In this document: positions 48,593-59,990 of the stretch, piece after piece | Layout of the letters: the number at the start of each line of letters is the position of its first letter | Numbering within the stretch: position 1 is the stretch's first letter | Assembly (NCBI GenBank): GCA_963774995.1 | Contig: CAVZHJ010000002.1 | Span: 61,663-125,662 of the forward strand | Reading direction: 5' to 3' | DNA length: 64,000 bases | Origin: an uncultured Alphaproteobacteria bacterium | Lineage (GTDB): Bacteria; Pseudomonadota; Alphaproteobacteria; Rhizobiales; Xanthobacteraceae | Translations under genes and position numbers: made by a program | The notes under the pieces: generated by a model | The model's input: only the letters and a program-made list of their open reading frames with translations | The model's database searches: none | Told to the model about the DNA's origin: nothing

Positions 48593-48889
48593 ATGGCCAA
48601 GATGACCAAAACACAGTTGATCGACGCGATTGCGGAATCGAGCAATGTGTCCAAGAATGACGTGAAGGCCGTGATCGAGCATATGGCGACGGTTGGCTAT
48701 AAGGAACTCAATAAATCCGGTGAGTTCGTCATACCCGGCTTTGCGAAGATGTCCGTCGTCAACAAGCCTGCCACTGAAGCGCGGAGCGGGATCAATCCGT
48801 TCACCAAAGAGCCGATGGAATTCGCCGCCAAACCGGCGAGCAAGACCGTCAAGGCGTCTCCGCTGAAGGTCGCCAAGGACTCAGTGTGA
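48593..48889 (+). CDS. HU family DNA-binding protein
   Basis: MTKTQLIDAIA, F-IPGF, AR-GINPFT-E, AKPASK; AGGAGG RBS. Confidence 0.92.
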   Translation: MAKMTKTQLIDAIAESSNVSKNDVKAVIEHMATVGYKELNKSGEFVIPGFAKMSVVNKPATEARSGINPFTKEPMEFAAKPASKTVKASPLKVAKDSV

Positions 48890-49091
48890 GCTAGGCGTTC
48901 CTCAAGTCGCTCTTCCGTCGGAATATTGACCAACGACAAACCGCAACGTTGCCTGGCAGCTGCTACGCTACGGGCTTTGCCTTGCGCGAATTGAGCCAGT
49001 TGCGCGACGCTTGCAAGACCAGGGAATTGCCTGCAACCTTCCCTGCCGCTATCAAAAAAGCCCGAGGGTCCTGCAAGAGGCAAGAAAAACG

Positions 49092-50042
49092 ATGAGCGCT
49101 GGACGCCCGCTTCCCGGTACCCCAACTCCGATGCACAGATGGAAGGGGGCCGGCGGGCTCTCGATCGCGGGCGACACGTGGGGCGACCCGAAAGGACCGC
49201 TCGTGCTGCTGCAGCATGGCGGCGGACAAACGCGTCACGCCTGGAAGGGCGCCGGCGAACATTTGGGAGCTGCGGGATATCGCGCCGTGGCGTTCGACGC
49301 GCGAGGCCACGGCGATTCCGAATGGGCGGCTGACGGAAACTACACCCAGGACGCGATGGTCGAAGACCTGTTGTGCATCGTCGCACAATTGGGCGATCCG
49401 CGTCCGGTGCTGGTGGGCGCCTCGATGGGAGGCGGCACCAGCCTGACGGCCGTCGGCGAAGACCGGATCGATGCCACAGCTCTTGTGCTGGTCGATATCG
49501 CCCACCGCGTGGAGCCCGACGGCGTGAAGAAGATTCGCGCATTCATGGGGCAGAAGCCGGACGGCTTCGACTCGCTGGAGGAGGTCGCGGACGCCATCAG
49601 CAGCTATCAACCACATCGCAAGCGCAAGACCAACCTGGAGGGGCTGGCGAAGAACGTTCGTCTCGATGCCAATGGCAAATACCGTTGGCACTGGGATCCA
49701 AAGTTCCATGCAGGCATTCGCAACGTCGACATGCGCCAACAGCGCATGGAAGCGTGCTCACGCAATCTCTCGCTTCCGACCCTGCTGGTTCGCGGCGGTC
49801 TTTCGGACATCCTGAGCGAGGAAGGCGCCCGTGAATTTCTGGCCCTGTGTCCGCGCGCGGAGTTCGTCAACGTGACCGATGCCGGTCACATGGTGGCCGG
49901 CGACCGGAACGACATTTTTGCGAACGCCGTGATAGACTTTCTGTCGCGCACGGTTCCTGTCGGAAAAACTCCTGTTCATCCGCCGCATGAGCCCGCGCCG
50001 CATCATGAGGGACCACCCGGCGATATTACCGACGTGCCGTAA
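49092..50042 (+). CDS. Alpha/beta hydrolase
   Basis: HGGGQ, DARGHGDS, GASMGG, AGHMVAGD. Confidence 0.9.
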   Translation: MSAGRPLPGTPTPMHRWKGAGGLSIAGDTWGDPKGPLVLLQHGGGQTRHAWKGAGEHLGAAGYRAVAFDARGHGDSEWAADGNYTQDAMVEDLLCIVAQLGDPRPVLVGASMGGGTSLTAVGEDRIDATALVLVDIAHRVEPDGVKKIRAFMGQKPDGFDSLEEVADAISSYQPHRKRKTNLEGLAKNVRLDANGKYRWHWDPKFHAGIRNVDMRQQRMEACSRNLSLPTLLVRGGLSDILSEEGAREFLALCPRAEFVNVTDAGHMVAGDRNDIFANAVIDFLSRTVPVGKTPVHPPHEPAPHHEGPPGDITDVP

Positions 50043-50153
50043 ACGCGGCGAGCCCAAAGCCGGCACTTTGAAACACGCATCGCCAGTGTTTGTGGTATTC
50101 TCCTTCCAGCATGACATTGCCCATCGTACAGCTTTGAGCCCTTTGGAATCGCC

Positions 50154-51431
50154 ATGGGCATGACACTCGCTGAAAAGATCATCGCACGGGCGTCGGGGCG
50201 TACCCGCGTGTCCCCCGGCGAGATCGTCACCTGCAACGTCGATCTGGCGATGATGCATGATTCCGGCGGCCCGCGGCGGGTGAAACCCATTCTCGACCGG
50301 CTCGGCGTCGGCGTATGGGATCCCGAAAAGGTCGTGCTGATCACCGATCACTATGTTCCGGCAACCGATCAGGAAAGCCGTCAGATTCAGGATGTGACGC
50401 GAGCGTTCGCAGCCGCTCAGAAGATCGTTCGCTTCCATGACCAGGAGGGGATCTGCCACGTCGTCCTTCCCGAACGGGGCCACCTCAAACCTGGAATGTT
50501 TGTCGTCGGCGGCGACAGCCACTCGCCGACCGGCGGAGCGTTCGGCGCGTACATGTTTGGCGTCGGCGCGACAGAGATGGCCGGCGTGCTCGCAACCGGC
50601 GAAATCTGGCTGAAGGTGCCCGAAACGATCCTGATCGAGTGGACAGGCCTGCTTGGACGAGGCTTGTCGTCGAAGGACATCATGCTATTTCTTTGCGGCC
50701 GGCTCGGAATGGACGGCGGCCGCTATCAAGCCGTGCAGTTTTGCGGCGAAGCGGTTCGCGCCCTGCCGATGCAAGAACGCATGACGCTGTCGAACATGGC
50801 CGCCGAGCTTGGCGGTCAGACCGGATTGATCGAAGCCGACGCGACCACTTTTGATTTTCTGCAGCGAGCCGGCGCCGGCGTGGATGGAGCAATCGCATGG
50901 CGCGGCGATGCCGACGCGCAGCCGGCTGAACACCACGTGTTCGATGCGAACGCGCTCACGCCGCAGGTCGCAGCGCCACATAGCCCAGCCAACGCAGCAC
51001 CGGTCGGAGACCATGCGGGGGTAAAGATCGACGTCGCCTATGTCGGCGCATGCACCGGCGCAAAACTTGCTGATCTGCGCATGGCCGCCGAGATCTTGCG
51101 CGGGAAGCACGTGGCTGCTGGTGTCGAGCTTCTCGTCGCGCCGGCTTCCTTGCGCGATCAGGAGATCGCACGCGACGAAGGCACGCTCGGCGCTCTCCTT
51201 GATGCGGGCGGGCGTCTGCTGCCCAACGCCTGCGGCATCTGCGCCGGCTACGGCGACGCACGGTTTGGCGAGGATGTCACCGCCATTTCCTCGACCGCGC
51301 GCAACTTCAAGGGGCGCATGGGCGCGGCCAGTTCGAAGGTATATCTCGCCTCGCCCTACACCGTGGCTGCCTCTGCAATCGAAGGCAGCATTGCCGATCC
51401 GCGGCCGCATCTTCAGGAGCGTCAGCAATGA
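50154..51431 (+). CDS. LeuC/HacA-like aconitase-family hydratase, large subunit
   Basis: TLAEKI, EGICH, GDSH, GACTG, CGICAG [4Fe-4S] Cys ligands, STARNFKGRMG. Confidence 0.92.
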   Translation: MGMTLAEKIIARASGRTRVSPGEIVTCNVDLAMMHDSGGPRRVKPILDRLGVGVWDPEKVVLITDHYVPATDQESRQIQDVTRAFAAAQKIVRFHDQEGICHVVLPERGHLKPGMFVVGGDSHSPTGGAFGAYMFGVGATEMAGVLATGEIWLKVPETILIEWTGLLGRGLSSKDIMLFLCGRLGMDGGRYQAVQFCGEAVRALPMQERMTLSNMAAELGGQTGLIEADATTFDFLQRAGAGVDGAIAWRGDADAQPAEHHVFDANALTPQVAAPHSPANAAPVGDHAGVKIDVAYVGACTGAKLADLRMAAEILRGKHVAAGVELLVAPASLRDQEIARDEGTLGALLDAGGRLLPNACGICAGYGDARFGEDVTAISSTARNFKGRMGAASSKVYLASPYTVAASAIEGSIADPRPHLQERQQ

Positions 51432-51925
51432 GCGGCCGCGCCTTCGTGTTCGGCGACGACGTCGATACCGATGTTCTCGCCCCCGGACGTTACATGAAAG
51501 CTCCGATCGAGGAACTCGCGCGTCACTGCCTCGAAGCCATCGCTCCCGATTTCGCCGGTGCCGTGCGGCCCGGCGACATCGTCGTTGCCGGGCGGAATTT
51601 CGGCATGGGCTCCTCGCGCGAACAGGCGGCACAGGCTCTGAAGACGCTTGGCGTGTCGGCAGTCGTTGCCAAATCGTTCGGCGGTATCTTTCTCCGCAAT
51701 GCACTCAATCTCGGATTGCCGGTCATGACGTGTGCCGAGACCGACACCGTTCAGGCCGGCGATCGCGTCTCGGTCGATCTCTCCAAGGGCGTTCTCGTCA
51801 ATGAGACGCGCGCAACCGTTCTGCAAGGCGAGCCGCTCCCCGCATTCCTGCTCGACATGCTCGCCGATGGCGGTCTCGTGCCTCACCTCGAAAGAAAAAT
51901 GGCCGCGAAGCGGGCCGCCGGGTGA
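51428..51925 (+). CDS. LeuD/HacB-like small subunit
   Basis: GDDVDTD, NFGMGSSREQA, AKSFGGIFLRNA-N-GL. Confidence 0.92.
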   Translation: MSGRAFVFGDDVDTDVLAPGRYMKAPIEELARHCLEAIAPDFAGAVRPGDIVVAGRNFGMGSSREQAAQALKTLGVSAVVAKSFGGIFLRNALNLGLPVMTCAETDTVQAGDRVSVDLSKGVLVNETRATVLQGEPLPAFLLDMLADGGLVPHLERKMAAKRAAG

Positions 51926-53317
51926 TCAAATGCCGGGCGCCGCGAGACCCGCAGCCCGTCCGAGCGACATCGCGGTAAGCAACCCGTTGCCTGACAGATA
52001 GCCCGACGCTTCCGGTCCCGACAGGCCGCGCGCGGCTCCGCCCCCGGCAAAGAGATTGGGCAACCTGCTGTCGTCCGGCCGCAACACGCGCGCTTCTCTG
52101 TCGACGACGAGACCGCCTTGCGTATGAAACAACGTGCCGGTCACGCGCACGCCGCAATACGGCGGTTGCAGCCGCTTCGCCGCGGCGAACGCCCGGCCGA
52201 AGCGATCGGTGCCGCCCTCGCGTGCGAGCGCGTCGATCTCTTCGAGCGTGCGCGACAGTTCGTCTTCCGGAAGATTGAACAGCCGCGCCAGTTCGCCGGC
52301 GCTGCGCGCATGCTTGATCGCGCCCAGGTGCTCCGCATTGCGGTAGTCCTCGAACTCCATGCCCAGCGCATGCAAGCGCTCGTCATGAATGCCGATCGCT
52401 ATCCCGTCTGGCTGAACAAGCACCGCTTCAGCCTGTTCGGAGTAACCGAGCTGCTCGTTGGAGAAGCGACGGCCGGCAGTGTTGACCTGCACCCCGCCCT
52501 CCATCATCAGCGCCCAGGTGATCAGCACCCCATGCGGATGCGCGACCGACCCGTGCCCCTGATAGCCGGAGAGATCGGCGCTGGCGGCACCGAGCGCATC
52601 TCCCCAAAACAGCGCATCGCCCTGGTTGCCAACGTGGCCGAAGTAGATGGCATTCGCCATCGCGGGAATATGCTGGCGCACCAGCGCCGGATTGCCACCA
52701 TAGCCATTGCAGGCCAGAACAAGCGCGCGACATGCGATCAGCTCGCGCTCGCCGCCCGGGCGGATCACTTCGACACCGAGCACGCGGCCCTCGTTGTCCG
52801 CAAAGAGGGTCGTTGCATGCGCGCTGGTCAAGATATCGAGCCGAGCGCGCTCCGCCGCAGCGGTGAGCATACCCATCAATTCCTGGCCGGTTCGCCTCGG
52901 CGTTCCGTGCATGCGCGCAACCGAGTGGCCTGGATAGAGAAATCCTTCGAGCAGTTCGAACACGACCCCATGCCGGTCCGCGAGGTCGTGAATCGCGTCG
53001 CCTGACAGGTCGGCGACCAGACGCGCAAACGCAGCGTCGGTGCGATGGTGGTTCTTGCGAAGAATGTCGGCGGTCAGGAGCTCCGCGCTGTCGTTCACAC
53101 CTCTGTCAGCCTGAAAGCGCGTACCCGCCGCCGGAATCAGACCGGACGAGAGTCCGGTCGAGCCTGACGGAACCGCGTCCCGCTCGATCACCAGAACCTC
53201 GCTGCCGATCGCATTCGCCGTCAGCGCGGCAACGAGTCCGCAAGCGCCGGCGCCAATGACGAGCGTCTGGACCTCGGTCGGCGCGCTGAAAGACGAAATG
53301 CGCTCGACGCCGCTCAT
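51926..53317 (-). CDS. FAD-dependent oxidoreductase (fumarate reductase / 3-ketosteroid dehydrogenase flavoprotein family)
   Basis: VIGAGACG, GSTGLSSG, RRFSNE, HTQGGL, GYLSGNGL. Confidence 0.88.
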   Translation of the reverse strand: MSGVERISSFSAPTEVQTLVIGAGACGLVAALTANAIGSEVLVIERDAVPSGSTGLSSGLIPAAGTRFQADRGVNDSAELLTADILRKNHHRTDAAFARLVADLSGDAIHDLADRHGVVFELLEGFLYPGHSVARMHGTPRRTGQELMGMLTAAAERARLDILTSAHATTLFADNEGRVLGVEVIRPGGERELIACRALVLACNGYGGNPALVRQHIPAMANAIYFGHVGNQGDALFWGDALGAASADLSGYQGHGSVAHPHGVLITWALMMEGGVQVNTAGRRFSNEQLGYSEQAEAVLVQPDGIAIGIHDERLHALGMEFEDYRNAEHLGAIKHARSAGELARLFNLPEDELSRTLEEIDALAREGGTDRFGRAFAAAKRLQPPYCGVRVTGTLFHTQGGLVVDREARVLRPDDSRLPNLFAGGGAARGLSGPEASGYLSGNGLLTAMSLGRAAGLAAPGI

Positions 53318-53927
53318 TGACGGACCTGAAGCGCGGCGATGAAATCCGCGCATGTCATGACGTCCGCGACCGAACGGAGAGCGGCTACATTCGTGCGATG
53401 CGTCTCATCGGAGAAGGCCGCACAACCGTCTTCAAGCAGGACGGCCGAGAAGTCGCGCACATGCGCATCGCGCAAGGTCGAAGCGACACCACCATTCGTC
53501 ACGATTCCGGAGAAGACGAGCGTTTCGATCCCGGCTTTGCGCAGAACCCATTCCAGCCGGCTCATATAGAAAGCCGAAAACGCCACCTTGTCGACGGACA
53601 GATCAGCCGGCTGCAGAACGTCGACAAGGGCGTGACCCAAGCCGCCGGGGGCGAAATCGCCTTTGCTCAGGAACGGCCGCAAGGCGGCGAGATGCGGCGA
53701 GATGAGCGGCTCGCCGTCCTTGCCCGGCACCAGCGTGAAATGCGTCGAAACGATCCATCCCCCGGCGGAGCGAACGCAGTCGGCGACGGGCTTCAGCCGG
53801 GCCGGCAGTGCCGCAATAAAGCGGACGTGGCATCGCCACGCGCATAGGCGCCGTTGGGATGCAGGAAATCGTTTTGCAGGTCGACGATGACAAGACCGAT
53901 CTTTTCCGGGTTGCTGAAATCGATCAT
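53314..53927 (-). CDS. Isochorismatase-family hydrolase lacking the catalytic Cys (one apparent frameshift near 53825)
   Basis: VIVDLQNDF, DKVAFSAF, GIVTNGGVAST. Confidence 0.85.
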
Positions 53928-55980
53928 GGGGTTCGCCGCTCGATGATGATGTTGCCGAAGCGATCGACATGCGCCTGAAGCTCGGGCTCGACGAAGATCG
54001 TCGCATCCTGCTGCTCCAGAATTGCCGGTCCGACGATCGCCGCCTCCACCGGCAGCTGATGACGCGCATAGACTGTCGCATCCCACCACTTTCCGCCGAA
54101 GTAGACCCGACGTTCGCCCTGCTTCGCTGCCTCGATGCCGCCGCCGGAAGGCGCAAGGGCCGACAGATCGAGCTTCGGTCTGCGTCCGATCAGTGCGACA
54201 TGAATATTCAGCACACGGATCGGTATGGCATCGAGCAGCCGGCCATAGACCTCGCGATATCGCGCCTCGAAAGCCTGCCGCAGCATCACCGCATCCAGCG
54301 CTCGCCCCTTGCGCCATTCGATCGGCGTCGCGACGGTATGGGTCTGGCCGAGATACAGCATGTCGCAGGCCACCAGCGTATCGCGCGCCCGTAAACGAGA
54401 CGCCCGACCGTTCGAGCAAACGCTCCGCCCTCCGACTAGTCGGCAATTTCCGCATTGACGGCGCTAAATCAATCTCGTCGAGCGTTCTGTTCACCGTCTG
54501 CACGAAGTCATGCCGCATGTCTGCGATGACGCAACCGAGCGCCGACGTCACTCCGGGATAGGGCGGCACAAGCGCCGCCTTCAGTCCGACCTCCTTCATC
54601 AGCGCGCCGGCGTGCAGGGCCCCGCCGCCTCCGAACGGCATCAGCGCGAAATCGCGCGGATTGTGGCCGCGCTCGATCGACACCAGCCGAATGGCCCCTG
54701 CCATGCGGCTGTTGGCGACACGGATGATCGCCTCCGCCGCTGCGACCGGGTCGAGGCCGAGCGGATCGGCGACATGCTTCTTGATAGCCGCTCTCGCCGC
54801 ATCGACATTCAGGCGCACGAGGCCGCCGCCGATCGGCCGGTCCGCATTGATGTCGCCCGAGAACAACGTTGGCGTCAGTCAGCGTGGGCCGGTCGTTGCC
54901 CTGGCCGTAGCAGACCGGACCTGGCACCGCGCCCGCCGATTCCGGCCCGACTTGCAGCAGCCCGCCGCGATCCACATAGGCGATCGATCCGCCACCGGCG
55001 CCGATGGTCGTGATCTCGATCATCGGCGTGCGCACGACGAGCCCGAAATCAATCGCCGTCTGTGCCGCGAGTGCAGTTTGCCGCGATGCGATCAATGACA
55101 CATCGAAAGCTCGTGCCGCCCACATCGCCGGTCACGACATTCGGAAAGCCCGCCGATCTCCGCGATGTGAGCCGCGGCGATCACGCCGGCTGCCGGACCG
55201 GACAGCGCGGTGCGCACTGGCACGCGACTTTGCGGTCTCGACCGTCATCACGCCGCCATTCGATTGGACGATCAGCAATTGCCCCGCAAATGCCCTGTTC
55301 CGCGAGATCGGACTCGAGCCGGTCGAGATAGTCGGCGACCACAGGCTGCAGATAGGCGTTCAGCGCCGTCGTGGATGCGCGTTCGAATTCGCGGATTTCG
55401 GGAAGTATGTCGCTCGAGATGTTCACATAGGCGTTCGGCCAGACGGATTCGGATTGCCTCCGCTGCAGCGCGCTCGTTTTCACCATTCGCGTAGGAGTTG
55501 ATGAAGGTGACGGCGACGGCCTCGACGCCCAGTGCGAGCAATTCGCGGGCGCGCGCATTCACTTCTTCGGGATCGATTGCGGTCCGCACGGTTCCGTCCG
55601 CGAGCACGCGCTCGCGGACCTCGAGGCGTCGTTCTCGCGGCACCACCGGCTCGAACTGCCCCCACAGCCCCCAGGTCTGCGGCCGATCGCGCCGCCGCAT
55701 CTCGAGCACATCGCGGAAGCCTTCGGTTGCGATCACGCCTGCTTTGCCGCCCTTGCGCTCGAGCAGCGCATTGGTGCCGACGGTCGTGCCGTGAACAATC
55801 GTCGCGATCGCGCGAGATCGTCCGTGCCTTGCCGGATACCGTTCAGGAAACCGACTGCCTCGCGGCCGCGCGTGGACGGGACCTTTCCGATCCACGATTT
55901 GCCACGGTTGCTTCGTCGAGAAAGAAGAGGTCGGTGAATGTGCCGCCGACATCGACGCCGATCACGAGCCGCCCGGTCAT
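53924..55980 (-). CDS. Hydantoinase/5-oxoprolinase subunit A (ATP-binding); many apparent frameshifts
   Basis: [70 protein letters not shown] across frames. Confidence 0.85.
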
Positions 55981-57667
55981 GCGCGCCCGTCTTGCCGTAA
56001 GCGCGGAGCGCGGCCTCGCGCGTCACATATCCGTTTTCGATGTCGCTTCGCTATCGCATGACGCCGGCCGTTCATTCGCAGGCCCATAGCCGCCGCCGCC
56101 CGGCGTCTCGAGACGCACGCGATCGTTTTTCGCGAGCTTGATGCCGACCCATTTCGACGCCATCGGCGGAGCTTCCGCGCTGCCATCCTTGCGGATGACG
56201 CTGAAGCGGTTGAGCGCAGCCGCCGAGCCGCCGAGCACCCCCGGCGGCGCGAAGCGTCCGCGTTCTCCGAACAGGAAGACGTCGGCCTGCTCTTCGAGCA
56301 GTTCGATCTCGTAAATCGCGCCGAGCCCGCCGCGGTGGCGCCCCGCTCCACCGCTGTCGGGGCGAAGCGCCCAGCGCGTGAACATGACCGGATAAGCCGC
56401 CTCCAGGATCTCCACCGGCGGAATCGTGGCGGTCGAAATCGGTGCGTTGCCGTGATTGAGCCCGTCGCCTTCGGGATGGCCGCCATGTCCTCCGCCGAAG
56501 AATGAGAACATTACCCAGCGCCGCCCGTCCTTGCGATGGCCCGCCAGCGACAGCGCGTTGATGGTGCCATAGGCGCAGCCATTGACGCGATCGGGGCAAG
56601 CCTTTGCGAGCGCGACGAAAATCGACGTCAATCATCCGCAGGATCGTTTCGGTATATCCGCCGACCGGCTTCGGCGACTTTGCAGCGAGGAGCGAACCCT
56701 CCGGGATCACAAAGCTGATCGGATCGAGCACGCCCGCATTCGCCGGTACATCGCGGAATACGTGTTTCAGCGCGACATAGCAGGCGGCGATGGTCGTAGA
56801 GCGCGAGATATTGAACGGTCCTGCGCAGGCGTTCGCGCAGCGGGAGAAATCGAAGGTCATGGTGTCGCCTTCGATCTTCAGGTCGAGGGCGATCTTCAGC
56901 GGCTTATCCTGGATCCCGTCATTGTCGAGATAGTCCTCCGCGGAATAGATGCCGTCCTGCAGGTCCCGATATGTCGCCCGCATCAACTGCGCCGGCGCGG
57001 CTGCGCAGCTGCCTCAGGGCCTCGGCTACGATCTCGTCGCCGATACTCATCGAGCAATGCCGCAAGGCGGCGCGCGCCGAGATCGAGCGCGTTGATCTGG
57101 CCGTTCAGATCGCCATACGCACTGTTCGGAAGCCGCGAATTCGCCGTGACGATATCGATCACGTCGGTCCGTATTTCGCCGCTTGCGAAAAGCTTCACCG
57201 GCGGGATCAGCATGCCCTCCTGAAAGCATTCGGTTGCGACAGGATTATAGTTGCCCGGAACGTTGCCGCCCACGTCGTGCCAATGCCCGACCGAGGCGAG
57301 CCAGCAAAAAACACTGCCGTTGCGGAAGAACGGCCGCACCAGTTTGAAATCGGAAAGGTGCGTGCCGCCATCGTAGGGATCGTTGAAGATGTAAACGTCG
57401 CCATCGGCGAGATCGCCTTGCCGGCCGGACTTCTCGATCACCGCCCTGACAGCAAATGCCATCGCGCCAACGAAGATCGGAAGCCCCGCCTTGCCCTGCA
57501 CCAGCGTGTCGCCTGTCGTCCGCGTGATAGAGGCCGTGGCTGGCGTCCCGTGCTTCCGCGATGATCGGATTGAAGGCGGTGCGAAACAGCGTCGCGTCCA
57601 TCTCGTCGGCGATCTGCTCGAGCCGGCCCTTCAGAACAGCCAGCGTAACCGGATCGATGTCACTCAT
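55977..57667 (-). CDS. Hydantoinase B/oxoprolinase subunit; several apparent frameshifts
   Basis: DPVTLAV, EMDATL-RTAFNP, NDPYDGGTHLSD, HWHDVGG, PDSGGAG-HRGG, TPGGGGYG. Confidence 0.85.
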
Positions 57668-58527
57668 AGCGGCGTCCGATGTCCAGCATCCCGGCGGTCC
57701 CGACGATATCGTTGATGCCGTTGAAGTCCAGCATTCGGTCACGGAACGGCGCCGTCGTTCCGTGCGCCTTCAGGCTGGCGAAATAGTCGCCAAGATGATG
57801 CGCCAGCGCCCGTACAGTACCGCCCGGGAAGATCGCAATGGAAAAGCCAAGCTCCTGGAGTTCGCCGGCGTCCAGCAGCGGCGTTTTCCCGCCTTCGACC
57901 ATGTTGGCCAGCAGCGGCACCCTGCCTCGAAAGCTGTTGGCGATCTCCTTCAGCTGCTCTGCGTGATTGAGGCGCCTCGATAAACAGGACATCCGCGCCG
58001 GCATCCGATAGGCTTCGCGCGCGATCGAGCGCGGCTTCGAAGCCTTCGACCGCGATCGCATCGGTGCGGGCGATCAAGCAGCACGTCGTCAGTGGGCCTT
58101 GCGTCGAGCGCCGCCTTGATCTTGCCGACCATTTCGCCAACGCCAACGAGATCCTTGTCGTCGAGATGACCGCAGCGTTTCGGCGTCACCTGATCCTCCA
58201 GCTGCAGCGCGGAGGCGCCGGCCTGCGCGAGCAGCTTCACGCTGCGCTGTACATTCAGCGCGTTGCCGAAACCGGTATCCATATCGACGATGAGCGGGAT
58301 GGAGACCCGCTCGCGGATGGACGGCAACGATATCGGCGAGCTTCGCTGAAGGAGACCAGCCCGATATCGGGGCGACCGAAGCCGTGTATAGGCGATGGAT
58401 GCGCCCGATACATAGGCAGCGTCGAATCCGGCCCGCTCGATCAGCAGCGCCGACAGCGCGTCGTAGCAGCCGGGCGCGACGAGAAGGCCGGGCGTTTTCG
58501 GGACGGGCGCGCTGAAAGGCCGGCCAT
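57660..58527 (-). CDS. Isocitrate lyase / PEP mutase family lyase (methylisocitrate or 2,3-dimethylmalate lyase-like); frameshifted
   Basis: PGCYDALSA, DMDTGFG, QLEDQVTPKRCGH, IARTDA, ANMVEGGKTP. Confidence 0.87.
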
Positions 58528-58528
58528 G

Positions 58529-59241
58529 TCACAGATCCCAGATAGGCTTTCTTCAGTTGCGGATCGTCGCGCAACGCGGCTGCCGGGACCTTCCAGCGCT
58601 ACGGCGCCGTTTTCGAGCATATAGGCGCGCGAGGCGATTGCGAGCGACTGCACGACATTCTGCTCTACCAGAAGGATGCCGGGGCCATCGGCGCGGATGC
58701 GTTCGAACGAGGCCGAACATCTCCTCGACCAGCAGCGGGGAAAGGCCGAGAGAAGGTTCATCCAGTATCAGAAGCTTCGGCTCCGCCATCAGCCCGCGGC
58801 CGATCGCCAGCATCTGCTGCTCGCCGCCCGGAGAGCGTTCCTGCGGCCTGGCGAACCCGCTCCCGGAACCGCGGGAAGATGCTGAACACCCGCTCCAGAT
58901 TGCGAGCGCGATTGCGGCGCGCCCGCCGGTAGCTTCCGAGCTCGAGGTTCTCCCGCACATTGAGATTGGGGAAGACGCGCCGGCCCTCCGGGACATGCAC
59001 GAGCCCGGCTTCGACCATGTGTGCGGCATCGCAGCCGGTCGTGTCTCGGCACCGTCGAAACGCATCGTGCCGCTCCACGGCGGCATCAAGCCGCTCACCA
59101 CGCGATTGAGCGTCGACTTGCCGGCACCGTTCGAGCCCAGCACAGCAATGACCTCACCCTGCAGCAACATGGATATCGACGCCCGCGCAGCACCGGGACC
59201 GCGCCATAGCCCGCATCAAGGCTGCTGACTTCAAGGAGCAT
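58529..59241 (-). CDS. LIV-type ABC ATP-binding protein (LivF-like); frameshifted
   Basis: [37 protein letters not shown]. Confidence 0.85.
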
Positions 59242-59990
59242 GAGCTGCCTGCAACCGGCTTTTCACGCGGCTCGGCGGCGCCATGTCCTAGATAGGCTTC
59301 GATCACGACGCGGATCGCTTGCGATCTCTGCGGTGGTGCCGGAGGCAATGATCCGTCCGTTGTTCAGCACATAGGCGCGCTCGGCAAAGGCTGACGACGG
59401 CCTGCATCACGTGCTCGATCAGCATCACGGTCACGCCGCTGTCGCGGATCGCCCGCACGATCGGCACGATCTCCAGAATTTCGTCGGGATTCAGCCCCGC
59501 CATCACTTCGTCGAGCAGGAGCAGCTTCGGATCGGTCGCGAGCGCGCGGGCGAGTTCGAGGCGCTTGCGGCCCGCGACGGTAAGCGTCGACGCTGGTTGA
59601 TCGAGCCGCTCGCCCAGGCCCACCTGCGCCGCGACTTCCTCGGCCTTGGCGAGCGCATCCCGGCGCGACGCGGCCGATGCAGGTGCGCGCCGACGGCGAT
59701 GTTTTCGCGAACGCTGAGCGCTCCGAACGGCTGCACGATCTGGAACGTACGCACCATGCCGCGCGCACAGATCACGTGAGGTGCGAGTCCGGTGATCGTC
59801 GTCGCCCGGAAGCCGGACGTGGCCTGTATCCGGCGGCACAAATCCGCGTGATCGCCGCGAACAATGTGGTCTTGCCGGCCCCGTTCGGTCCGATCAGCGC
59901 GACGATCTCGCCTTGTGCCACATCAAGCGAGGCGCCATCCACCGCCGCGATTCCGCCGAAACGCTTGCCGAGATCGCGGACCTCAAGCAT
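59231..59990 (-). CDS. LIV-type ABC ATP-binding protein (LivG-like); frameshifted
   Basis: LIGPNGAGKTT, RTFQIV, LELARALA, LLLDEVMAGL, VIEAYLG. Confidence 0.85.

Noticed and set aside
50154-51925. Annotation as leucine-biosynthetic leuCD
   Set aside because: Short HacA/DmdA-type large subunit with GACTGAK instead of GSCTN, no leuB nearby, catabolic context
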